A stretch of DNA of 62,811 bases, the filler included, from Stramenopiles sp. TOSAG23-3 (Eukaryota): NCBI GenBank assembly GCA_900128585.1. It is 5 parts of 5 records of this genome, joined end to end, with 100 filler letters (N's around TTAATTAATTAA, not from the genome) between each part and the next. Parts side by side here need not be neighbours in the genome. Positions count along the whole stretch, not along the records: positions 1 to 15,156 come from LT642533.1; positions 15,257 to 30,404 come from LT642534.1; 3 more parts are not named here. The stretch is one strand, 5' to 3'. Position 1 is the stretch's first letter. Each line of letters starts with the position of its first letter. The position numbers and the translations under genes were made by a program. The notes beneath the pieces were generated by a model. It was not told the DNA's origin and searched no databases. It saw nothing but the letters and a program-made list of their open reading frames with translations. Below, piece by piece: positions 11,655 through 22,661 of the stretch.

Positions 11655-12992
11655 AGTCAAAAAAAAAAAGATTAGCCCTAATGTAATAATAATCCACCAA
11701 AAAAAAATAGTAGAAGTGGGGGGTGGGGGGGCATCGCATCGCATCTCATCGCATTCGCATGGCAAACATTATTTAGTCCTAAATAATAATAATAATGTGG
11801 ATGTTCAGATAGGATTTGTACTGAATACATTACAATTAATAAGTATATTACAATATTCAAAAAAAAATCACTTCATTCTTCTTCTTTCTTCCTTCATTTT
11901 CGCCTTCTTCGCCACAATTCTTTTCTTTTTTTTCTTCTTTCAAAACACAACGTCATCAATTTAAATAATAAATATAAATTAAGATGACACATGGTGGTGA
12001 GAGAGAGACAAAAGACGAAACCATTTTCTGAATAATCTGTAGTAATAAAAGAACAACTACAGCGGAGTCATTTTGATAGAAACAATATTAATTATATAAT
12101 ACTTGTATTTGTATTGTAAAATATAATTGATGTTGTATTCATGTACCTGTTTACTCGATTAGTTGAAGTAGTAGAACAAAAAAACGTTTTATTGGTCCAA
12201 AATTAAAATGGAGGACTATGGAAAACAAAACGAACAAACTACTTTCACCATTTCGATATTTAATGTTGTGATAGTGCTATTTTTTTAATTCCATTATTCG
12301 ATAGAATAAAAAACAGATAATTTTAATCCCACTATTCGCCTGTAAACCAAACATAAAAAAATCGCTGTTTATTATCATCATATTCGTCTATTTCTCAATG
12401 CTGTGAGATGTCCTTCTTGATGTATCCAAGACTAACACTCTGCCCCCATAGAAAAAAGATCGAAGAAGGACAACACATTCTCGCTTTCTTGGCTTCGTAC
12501 TACCTGGTATTTTGTGCCTGTTACCAACTTGTATTACGTATAATATATGTGGTGCTCCCCGTGTCATAAAACAACGCACCATGACGACGAAGAAGAATCC
12601 TCCTGCTGCCTCACTCACTCATCATCATCGATCACAACAACAATATATTTATCACAAAAACAAGCAACAACAAGAACACACGATAGAGAAGAAAAAAAAT
12701 GAAGAAGAAGAAAAAGAAGAGGTGTAAGAGACTTTTTTTCATTCTTCTTTCTGAAATTTCTTAGTGTTTAGTCGACTTCTATTTGTATTGAAGAGGTGGT
12801 TGAATCAAAAAGGTGTAGGAATGAAGGGATTGATTTGAAAGGATAGGCCAGAGAGGTATTCATTGTCCATTGGTATATCTAAATTTGTTCAAGCCTTTTG
12901 TTGTTTCTTAGTTTTGACATCGTCGCACCTTCTGTTTCTGTAGGGGATACATACAATCACGTGTTTGGACGCGAATCGAAGGCTTTCCGACC

Positions 12993-14828
12993 ATGAAACG
13001 TCGCCTCAGCAAAGGAAACGGGCGCCCCGACGCTACGGGCGCAATGCCGATTCCAGGGCGAATGAAAATAAACCTAGGCAACAAACGCCACCATTATGCA
13101 CCTCCTAGCCCGCAAGTTAATTTTGGGTTTGTCCCTGGGCCAGCACTGAAAGCGTCTTCCGCCTCGTCCGGGAGTGGCGGCAGCAGCCACGGGAACGGGA
13201 GCTTGCTGTCAAATAGTTTTAGGGAACCGACTCCCACCACAGGATCATTCGCTCCAGGGACCACCCCCATTCAGACGTCCCCCATGCGGTTTATGGAGCG
13301 CCGCACCAACGGCAAGGGCGGCACGGGACCGTCCAAAAACATCGCGTCCATGCGGAACGGTAGGAACGGTGGACGAGTTGGACTCAGCGATTTTGAACGG
13401 ATTCGTGTGTTGGGGAAAGGCGCTTTTGGCAAAGTGCTTTTGGTCCGGAACAAGCTGACGAAAAAAGTGTACGCGATGAAGATTTTAAAGAAGCACCATG
13501 TCATCAACAAGCGGCAAGTGGCCCACACCATGTCGGAGCGTAACGTGCTGGGGCATACCCAGCACCCGTTCGTTGTTGGGATGCACTACGCCTTTCAGAC
13601 CGTCGACAAGCTTATATTTGTTTTAGATTATTGCGCGGGCGGCGACTTGTACTATCACATTTCACGGGGCGGCCGCCTTTCGGAAGAGCGGTGCAAATTT
13701 TACGCGGCCGAACTCGCAGAGGCTTTGGCCCATTTGCACGCCCACGGCGTCGTCTACCGCGATTTGAAGCCGGAGAACGTTATGATGGACGACGAGGGCC
13801 ACGTGAAACTTGTTGATTTTGGGCTTTCGAAGCAAAACGTGCGCAGCGCGGTGGAGGGGGCATCGAGCTACTGTGGGACCCCGGAGTACTTGGCCCCGGA
13901 GGTCATGACGGACCCGGCAAACCGATCTTATGGCACGGCCATCGATTGGTGGAGCTTGGGAGCCCTGGTGTACGAAATGTTGACGGGTTTGCCGCCGTGG
14001 TACAGCCGCGACCGAGAAACGCTGTTCAATGGAATCAAGCACGGCGAGCTGACGTTTCCCGCGGCCGTCTCCGAGAACGCGCGGGAGATCCTGAGGGCAT
14101 TTTTGTGTCGAAATCCGTTGAAGCGGCTGGGAGTCCAGGGCGGCATTGATCAGATTAGAAAGCACCAATTTTTCGCTGGTTTGGACTGGAAAAAATTGGT
14201 TGCGCGGGAACTGACACCTCCGTGGCTGCCCTCGAGCAAGGCAGAGGATGTCGAGCAAATGAGTACCCTGTACTTCGACAAAGTTTTCACTCGGCTTCCC
14301 GTGCAAAGCGAAGCCCATGGTTCGCACCAGCAGGATACTGACAGTACAATGGCGGAGAGTGAAGATGGGATGTTCAATGGGTTCAGTTACGTCTCTCGTA
14401 AAATGACGCACGGAAAGAGTTTCAGCGCTGGCAGTAGTGGGAGCAACGGAAGCCCGAAGATGGGAACGAAACCCTCCCCGTCGTGCTCTCCGCCAATTTT
14501 TCCTTCTTCCTCCCCCCCTAGAGATGCGTTTGGGAACAATTTAAATGTATTGACGCATGAAAATCACAGTTCATCGCAGAGCAATGGGGGTTCACAAGGG
14601 TTCAAAGTTGGTTCAAACACGGGCAGTTACAACCCCAACGCGATGCCGTGGGCACCGTCTTTCTCCGCCACCTCAGAAAATGCCAGCGGAGTTGCGAGTG
14701 CTTTGAGCAAACTCCCGGAGGGCCAAAAGTCTCTCTCTTCGCTGGCCTCGGCATGGGAGGTCCCTGTAGAAGAAGATAATCGAAGGGGGTCGGACGAGAT
14801 GTTTGACCTTGATGACATGAGCTTGTAG
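12993..14828 (+). CDS. AGC-family Ser/Thr kinase (S6K/SGK/Ypk-like, no PH domain)
   Basis: GKGAFGKV, YAMK, YRDLKPEN, DFG, CGTPEYLAPE, hydrophobic motif FNGFSY. Confidence 0.95.
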   Translation: MKRRLSKGNGRPDATGAMPIPGRMKINLGNKRHHYAPPSPQVNFGFVPGPALKASSASSGSGGSSHGNGSLLSNSFREPTPTTGSFAPGTTPIQTSPMRFMERRTNGKGGTGPSKNIASMRNGRNGGRVGLSDFERIRVLGKGAFGKVLLVRNKLTKKVYAMKILKKHHVINKRQVAHTMSERNVLGHTQHPFVVGMHYAFQTVDKLIFVLDYCAGGDLYYHISRGGRLSEERCKFYAAELAEALAHLHAHGVVYRDLKPENVMMDDEGHVKLVDFGLSKQNVRSAVEGASSYCGTPEYLAPEVMTDPANRSYGTAIDWWSLGALVYEMLTGLPPWYSRDRETLFNGIKHGELTFPAAVSENAREILRAFLCRNPLKRLGVQGGIDQIRKHQFFAGLDWKKLVARELTPPWLPSSKAEDVEQMSTLYFDKVFTRLPVQSEAHGSHQQDTDSTMAESEDGMFNGFSYVSRKMTHGKSFSAGSSGSNGSPKMGTKPSPSCSPPIFPSSSPPRDAFGNNLNVLTHENHSSSQSNGGSQGFKVGSNTGSYNPNAMPWAPSFSATSENASGVASALSKLPEGQKSLSSLASAWEVPVEEDNRRGSDEMFDLDDMSL

Positions 14829-15156
14829 CGCCTAAAATGGATTAATTTTAAAATGTGCCTAAGAAAAGAAGAAGTGTGTGTAGAATTCTTATAGAATGCG
14901 TGCACATTCATTTTATTTACGAAATATCTGTGTTTTTCTGAGCAAATAACTAACTCCGTTTTGCGGTACACGCGAGGAAGATAAATTTTAAATTTTGACG
15001 TAAATAACTCAGCAAATTTTTTGTTTTTAAAGAACTAACTCCTAAAGCCACAAGAGCGTAAGAGTGTAAATTTATTTGCGCCATTGAACCCTGGATCGAA
15101 GGATTTTTAATAAATCTCTTCCACACCCTTAAATTTACTATCCCGGCTATGAGTTA

Positions 15157-15256
15157 NNNNNNNNNNNNNNNNNNNNNNNNNNNNNNNNNNNNNNNNNNNN
15201 TTAATTAATTAANNNNNNNNNNNNNNNNNNNNNNNNNNNNNNNNNNNNNNNNNNNN
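15157..15256. other. Artificial contig linker N44-TTAATTAATTAA-N44
   Basis: Six-frame stop spacer flanked by 44 N on each side. Confidence 0.97.
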
Positions 15257-15330
15257 CGTTTGCATCTGGCTGTGGATGTTTTTCACCGCGGCCTGGCCCT
15301 TGTTGTAGATTTCCCCGACTTTCTTTTTCC
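15257..15330 (-). repeat. 74-bp inverted copy of 16492-16565 at contig start (probable chimera)
   Basis: Exact reverse complement of an internal part of the downstream ORF. Confidence 0.9.
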
Positions 15331-17628
15331 TTGGACTTGTGCTGTTGTGCATCCTCGTATGGGGGTCCTCGGCGGACCGGTTGCGTGCGCAATCGAAGCA
15401 TTCGAAGGCCGTGTTTGGAAGAAAATTGGGAGAAGGCGAGATGGGGAAGGAAGAACTGGTAGAGCTCGAGTGCCCGACGGACGAGGCGTGCACGGTACCG
15501 ACGAAGGTGTCGTTACTGAACCCGCAAACGATGAAGGCGCTGCGCTCCGTAAAGGTTGAAAAGATAGAGGACGAAGTCACCGTGGGGGCGGTCGAGGACA
15601 GCGAGGGCGAGCTCCCGATGTTTCAACGGCCAACGTTCAAAGTCACGTTCAAGCACAAGGTCATCGGGCTCCGGGTGGTCTCGTCGTCCGCAGTCCTTGT
15701 GTTCCGGCAACAGGCGAACAATGGCGAAAAGCATTTGCCCGAGCTGTACATCAGCCGGCACAAACCAACGAGCGGGCTCTCGCCCACCGCGCTGATCTCC
15801 ATCACCCAACGCTTACTCGCACTGTACGAGGCCGCGTTGGTCGACGCCGCCCGAGGCTCCGACGACGTGTTCGATTCTGGGGCGCTTGCGACGTACGTGT
15901 TCGCTCCGGCCGTCAAGTACTGGAAGCAAACGGTCATGCACACGCTCAAGCATCTGGGGGAGAAAGGATACAGAGACTCGGAGGGGAAGTGGCAGAAGGT
16001 CCAGGCGGCCGACCTTGACCTGGCACAGCATGTCCCTGTGGCACTGTGCGACACCTTCACGGAGTACCAATACTGGTCGTCGGCGATCGAAGAGATATTC
16101 ATCACGTCCCGGTCGGTGAAAGAGCGGGACGAGCGGGTCAAGAAACTCTTCGAAGTGGGGGCACCGGACAAGCTTCCTGAAAAATGGAGCCTTCCCGCCG
16201 AGTTCGAGCCTTGCAGGGACGACGGGGAGTTCGCAGCGGGGGGCATCGCAAATGTTCTGTCTCTTCGCGAAAACGGTATGTTGGCCCCTGGGGAATCCGT
16301 CGTCGCGACGAACCTCGTCGAGGCGTACGAAACCGGTGCCCTGCTCCCGGAGATCTTGACCGCTCCGCTGCAGTCCGGGCCGAACCGAAAGCTGCAGCCC
16401 CACGAGACGCCACCCGCGGCGTCGAACCTGGACGACTTGGACGGCGGCCTGATGGTCGCGTTCGTGGAAAAGAATGCCTTCTTGGACGATGGGAAAAAGA
16501 AAGTCGGGGAAATCTACAACAAGGGCCAGGCCGCGGTGAAAAACATCCACAGCCAGATGCAAACGGACGCAGGTCGCAAGAACTTGATGGACAACGCCAA
16601 GAAGCACTTGCTCACCGAGAAGCACCAGGACGACTCGAAAGGGTTTAAGATCGGGATGTCGTACGAACAGTACCAGATGGGCGCCGGAAAGGGCAGGCAC
16701 CAGGTGGCGTACCTCAACATGGACGTCATGCGGCGGCACGACAAAAAACACAAACAGCTCATGGAGGCCTCCAAAGGATTCGGGAGGTTTAGCAAAGAGG
16801 CAAAACGGCTCCGGAACGAGCTCGTCGACCTGCGGGACCCTTTGACCGGTTGGCACGTTGACATCGACAAGATGGTCAAAGGAAACCTGAAAGCAGGCAA
16901 GGCATCAATGGCAAGGTGTGGCATTACGCTGAAGCGCGGAGCGTTCAAGGGAGGCTTTACCGTGACCGGGCAAGCCCAAGTGGTGGACATTTTCCAGAAA
17001 GACCCGGAGACGGGGAAACGGAACATCAAGGACAAACTGTCAAACCTCGCGAGCATCGCCCCCAAGGCGTCGTTTCTAGGGTTTTTCTCGTTCGACAAAG
17101 TATTGAAGAGCGGGACCAAAATAACGTGCGGCGTGTACGTCGCGAAAACCGTGAAGGCATTCGGGTTAGGGCATTCCACCGAGGTTCGCGGGCAGGTGGA
17201 TATTAGAGGGAAGGACGGGTGGTGGGTGTCTACGAAATACGGCACGGAAACGGACGGCGTAACGGGGGAGAAGACGGAATTCGTCAAAGGGAAGTTCAGG
17301 GACACCAACGCCTTTGGTATCACTGGCTTGTTGGTCGATGCCAACCTTGGGTTCCAAGTAAATAGAAACGCACAAGGGCACATTGACCTGAAGAAAACGA
17401 GAGGAGGGGAAATCGCCGATTTATGTTAGTTACCACCCTACCTTTGAGCCCAAATGGTTGAAAGATTATAGGAACTTCCAGGATTTGGGGACGACTTCTT
17501 TCACATCTTTTAAGCAGTCAGCAGGGGCGAACTTGGCAATCGAAGCGTACCACAAATCCACGCACCAAATCCGCGATTGGACCAATGATGTGAAGCAGCA
17601 TTGGAAGTCCGTGAAGCTGGGGGCGTAA
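15331..17628 (+). CDS. Large putative secreted protein of unknown function; 5'-truncated, probable frameshift near 17400
   Basis: ORF 15339-17429 begins with remnant signal peptide (GLVLLCILVWGSSA); shifted frame continues EGKSPIYVSYHPTF...KLGA to TAA 17628. Confidence 0.7.
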
Positions 17629-17722
17629 GACAAGTGCCCCCTAGACGGAGAATAGATTGCGTTTTAAAGTGCCAACTGGAAAAAAGAGACTCAAACCTTC
17701 ACTAAAAAAAAAATTATAAAGT

Positions 17723-17950
17723 TATGCTTTAAGACTCTTATTTTATATCACTTATATGAGTTCTGTTCCAACCCTATCTAATTGAAAATTCAGCTGTAAC
17801 CATATTTAAACTATGATAACAATGCTTTAAAATGAGAGTCTTAAAACATACTCTATGTAATTTGTTTGATTTGTTTTTTTCTAAACCAACATAGGAAAGT
17901 TTTAAAAGTTTTATTTTAAAAACAAGAAAAATTGGCTGTTATTTTATAGT
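17723..17950. repeat. Family A inverted arms plus family B motif
   Basis: tatgctttaagactct (17723), aaaatgagagtcttaaaacatact (to 17852), aaaacaagaaaaattggctgtt (about 17919). Confidence 0.8.
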
Positions 17951-18077
17951 TTTATTTTATAAATTGGTTCACACCACTCGTACCAAAATATGTGTCAAAT
18001 CTCAATTCTTATTTACCAATTCAACGCATAAACACAGCATACAAAGTAGATGCAAGGATACACCCCTTACACGATCC

Positions 18078-18866
18078 TTAACGCCTCGCGGTGATGATGG
18101 GTTTCTGTGAGTCGTCGTCGTCGTCTTCGTCTTCGTCGTCCTGCAGAATGCCCCCAGTGGCCCAATCGTAGTCCCTCGCATCTTGCCCACCGCGAAGGAA
18201 CTCCAAAGTCCCCCGCACGATTTTCGCTTCAGCCCGAACGCGCAACTCCTCCCGGTACTTGCGCCGCCGCGTCGTTGGTTTCTCGTAGTACCCTCGGTTG
18301 TGGCGTTTCATGCTTCGCTGCTGGAACTTTTTCAGAAACCCTTCGTTTCTGAGCGTACGCTGCACCCTGCTCTCCATAAAAAATGGGTTCGGCATTCTCT
18401 TTTTCCCGCTCTGTTCAACGCCGGCGCGACCTGTAAAGATCAACCGTTGCAACTTATTCCCTGGGACAGTATTTTCCCATTTCTCCTGGAGGTGCCCCTC
18501 GTAAACTTCTTTCGGGGTTCGGTGCACCTTCGCCGCATATCGAACGATCCGCTCCGAGTGCGGCTTACTAAGCTGCGAGTCCAGCAGCTCAGCCTCGCTC
18601 CTCTGATCCGTTCGATTTTCAAACAGCGTCACTAGCTCCCGCCGCTTCCCCCTTCGGTTCTCCTTTCTCCTTCTGCCTTGCTTTGCGAGTTCCTTCCTCC
18701 CCGTCGCTCGTTGGTTTTGCTGCGGTATTTTCTGCTTCTTTTTTGCGAACCCTCGCGTCTGTTGTAGTTGCACGCACTCGGCGCTCCTCGCCAGGGAGGC
18801 GACGGCGCCGGGCGCAACCGGACGCCGGCCCAAGACGCCAGCGGCCGTGAACACCAGCTTGAACAT
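18078..18866 (-). CDS. MRPS21: Mitochondrial ribosomal protein bS21m-like with N-terminal extension
   Basis: Presequence-like MFKLVF...QQTRGFAKKK from ATG 18866; C-terminal RTLRNEGFLKKF...YYEKPTTRRRK matches the S21 motif. Confidence 0.65.
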   Translation of the reverse strand: MFKLVFTAAGVLGRRPVAPGAVASLARSAECVQLQQTRGFAKKKQKIPQQNQRATGRKELAKQGRRRKENRRGKRRELVTLFENRTDQRSEAELLDSQLSKPHSERIVRYAAKVHRTPKEVYEGHLQEKWENTVPGNKLQRLIFTGRAGVEQSGKKRMPNPFFMESRVQRTLRNEGFLKKFQQRSMKRHNRGYYEKPTTRRRKYREELRVRAEAKIVRGTLEFLRGGQDARDYDWATGGILQDDEDEDDDDDSQKPIITARR

Positions 18867-20355
18867 TGATAAGAGTAAACTTACAACGTTTCTATCCCCG
18901 AGTTCAAAAATGGTACTCTTCGTCCACAACCTAACGTTCTGTCGCAATTGGAAATCGAATCCATGGTTGGTTGATTGTTTGTCACTCATTTCTTCTCATC
19001 GGAATTGGAGAAGAATTGGAGATGATTTGGAAAAAAAGATGATGATTTTTTTATTATTAATAAAAAAATAATTATTAAATAATAAAAAAAAGATGCTAGG
19101 GTTAGTGTGAGGGTAAGACGCACAAGAAAAATGACTGGAGGGGGAACTAAGTAAGGATTCATTTACATTTTAGTAATCTCATAAATACAAAATTCATCAT
19201 TAAACGTATATTCAAATGAAAACAACAATACCCTTACCCTTAATACTGATAACGTATAAAACATAATAATGTCTTATTAATACGTATTATAAAATGAGTT
19301 AATATTATAGATAGTTAATGTAATATTATTATAAAAGACCTTTAAGTCGAAAGAATTGAATCGTCACTTCTTTTTTTGGTTCAATTCTTTTGGTGACTTT
19401 GTGACCACTCAGTATTGAAATTGAAATTGAAATCCATCCAATCGAATCGAATTATATTTGAACATTTAGACTATGATTTATTGTGTTATAATTAATTTTA
19501 TTATATTTAGACTATGCCTAAATGTAATATTTAAAATATATTTACCTATTTGATGTTCTTTTGAAGAATATTTAATGAAATATAAAATGAGTTTTATTCA
19601 TATTTTATTTGATATTTTGTCCTATATAATATATCTTCTTCCTTTTTTTCATTTAATTGGCGAATTAAGCCATTTTATTAAGGAATGCTTGTTTATCTTG
19701 TATCGCTACTGTGTTCATACCAATGGATTTCACCGAAATTGTATGTTTATTTTATTCAATGAAAAAAGAGACAAAGTATTCAAACTAAACAATACATCTC
19801 ACACCATACGAAAAGAGGACATGATTATAAAGATGCATTTTAATCCTTAAATAGTAGATGATTTCGCATGAAATCGCGATCTTTTTTGACTGGACTGGAA
19901 AATATTTAAATGTTACTTAATTATACTTTTAAATCCAAATATGTTTTGTTCGTCGATAATTGTAGAAACGTTTTGTTTATAATGATTAGTTTAGTCATGC
20001 GTTTAACCTTGGTTTGAAAAAGTATCTTTTTTTTTTGCCCCTCCTCCTCCTCCTTTTTCGAGGAATCAAGTGAAGGCAAAACAACCGACCTGGCCTGACA
20101 TCCTGACATTAGTTACGTATCTAGTATCGGTAGATTGTAAGGTTTAACGAAACAGTAGTCTTTCTAAGATACGTTTCGATGTATAGATGGTATAAGAAAA
20201 GAAACCGTCTTGTTTTCATACATCATACATAGTTATATTTTCCTGCATTAGGTTTAGGACCAACGCAGCCAGAACCACAGCCACAAACGCACATACGTAA
20301 GCACCGTCGTCCTGGCACAGTCAAATACACACACTACGCAACACGGAACATCAAT

Positions 20356-21602
20356 ATGAACAAGCTCTTTAAAATAGGAACAATTAACAACATATCCCGC
20401 ATCGGGTTGAACCGTTTCGAACGCTCGAGGTACATTGTACACGCGTTGGACGGGGACGACGACTTCGTAGAGGATCCGATGGCCCTTATGCTTCGCAGCC
20501 ACAAGCTGCAACCGGACCAAGTGTCCAGGAGCGTCACCGCGATTGCCCGCTGTGGGGCTGGGACGAACAACATCCCAGTCAACGAGATGACCGCCCGCGG
20601 CATCCCAGTCTTTAACACCCCTGGCGCAAATGCCAACTCTGTGAAAGAGCTTGTCCTTACCGGTCTCTTCTTGTCTTCTCGTAATATCGTCGGTGGGATC
20701 AACCACGTCCAGCAACTGACCGACACCAAAGGGTTCGAGCACGCCGGCTCCAGGGTAGAAAAGGACAAGAAAATGTTTGCCGGCCAAGAGGTGAAAGGGA
20801 AGACCCTCGGGGTCGTTGGGTTGGGGGCCATTGTGTAGGGTACGACCCTGCCCTGACGGTGGAAGCCGCGTGGAACCTGAGCGGGGAGAAGGTCAAGCGG
20901 TACAGCGACATCGAATCGGTCATCGCCGCCGCCGACTACGTGTCCCTTCATTTGCCCGTCATCAAGGGCGTCACGGAAAAGATTATTGGTGCCGACCTGA
21001 TTCGCCAAATGCGCCCGAACTGTAACCTGTTGAACTTCTCTCGAGGGGAGCTTGTCGACCACGATGCCCTTCGGGCCGCATTCGACAGTGGGGCCCTCCA
21101 GGGGACCTACGTCACCGATTTCCCCCACGGCAGTGTGCAAGGCCACTCGCAGTGCATTGGTATCCCCCACTTGGGTGCAAGCACGGAAGAGGCCGAAGAA
21201 AACAGCGCCGCCATGGCTGCCGACACGATCACCGACTTTTTGGAGACAGGAACCATTAAAAATAGTGTGAACTTCCCGACGACCATCTTGAAGAAGCGAA
21301 AGCCAGAAACGAGCCGCATCTGCTTGGTCAACGAGAACCAGTCCGGTATGTTGGCCAAAGTCAACAACGTTATCTCAGACATTGGCCTGAACATTGATCA
21401 GCAAATCAATACAAGTCGAGAAAAGGTTGCGTACAACGTCATCGATGTGGACGACGACATTTCAAAGGAACAGTTTACTCCTATTCACGACACCCTGAAC
21501 GCCATTGAAGGGGTATTGTCCGTGCGCATTATTGCTGGCGATGACCGTACCGCGCACTCGTACCGGGCGGAGGCCTTCCCCCGCGAACTTAGCCGCATCT
21601 AA
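20356..21602 (+). pseudogene. PHGDH: D-3-phosphoglycerate dehydrogenase with ACT domain, interrupted by a frameshifting deletion at about 20833
   Basis: IARCGAGTNNI, FNTPGANANSVKEL, KTLGVVGLGAI | VGYDPALTVEAAW, SLHLP, NFSRGELVD, PHLGASTEEAE, C-terminal ACT; may be an assembly error rather than a true pseudogene. Confidence 0.85.
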
Positions 21603-22115
21603 GTGTCCATATGCGGCGCGCTGTGCCTGGGAAATGTGCTGTATTTGTCATGCACTACGTTTCCCCGCGTGCCCACAAGTTCAGACGAAAGTTAGTAAGT
21701 ACCCTACCCCATTATCGCTCCCTTCCTCCTCGGTTTGCGGCGTCCGTATGATGAAAATCCTGTTTAATCGACAACGAACACGACGGCTTCACGGCCATTG
21801 GGTATTAAATACCACATGAGATTTCTTTGATGGATCGATCCGCTTTCACTGAACCCTCTTCTTTCGCTGCTTGTATTCAAGCCAACTAACACATCATTCG
21901 TAATTTCAAAATTATGCAGCCCCGTATGTGTACGTGAAAACAGTAGACTAGTCGGTCGCGTGTAATATATTAAGGAAGACAAGAAGCCCCCGAATTCGCG
22001 AGTCGGAGTGAAGCATCCTTTATTAAAAATTGAAAACTTATTCCAATATTTCATGTACTGCAGTTAAACTTATGTGAATATGAAAACAAATTAAAAATAT
22101 TAAAAAACATATTAT

Positions 22116-22410
22116 AAAAAAAAACTAATTATATAGTATTGTTTTAAGACTCTCATTTTCAATCAAATACTATATATAACTTTAAAAAAAAAACTAATGC
22201 TACTATATAACACTTATACCAAGTCAATTATGGAACACCACAAGACGAGATGGTACGAAGTTTTGAAGATTATAAATTGGGAACTGGGTCGAATGATACG
22301 ATATCGTAGGAACGACAAAGGAGGTACCGACCGACTTTAAGTGATATGATATGAATAATTTGGGATAATCCTGAGAGTCTTAAAACATACTATATCATTA
22401 GTTTTTTTTT
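22116..22410. repeat. Family A inverted arms about 200 bp apart (MITE-like)
   Basis: aaaactaattatatagtattgttttaagactctca ... tgagagtcttaaaacatactatatcattagtttt. Confidence 0.8.
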
Positions 22411-22661
22411 GTAAGAATACACTTCATGATATTCATCAGGATGCGTTTATTTAATTAAGTTTTTTATCTTCCTCTTAAGCTAAGCTTTATATCCCTAAAA
22501 TATAACTGCCATGTTAATGTTTTCTTTTTTTAAATCTTTATTGAAGAGAGGTTTAAGAATCTTACGCGTATGATAATATTAAGAATTTACGGAACTGTAA
22601 AAGGTACGATATACGATTTTACGAATTAATTACCCGAGTGGTTTCACAGTATACATCTCAG

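Noticed and set aside
15201-15212. TTAATTAATTAA palindrome repeated four times
   Set aside because: Artificial six-frame-stop linker, not biological
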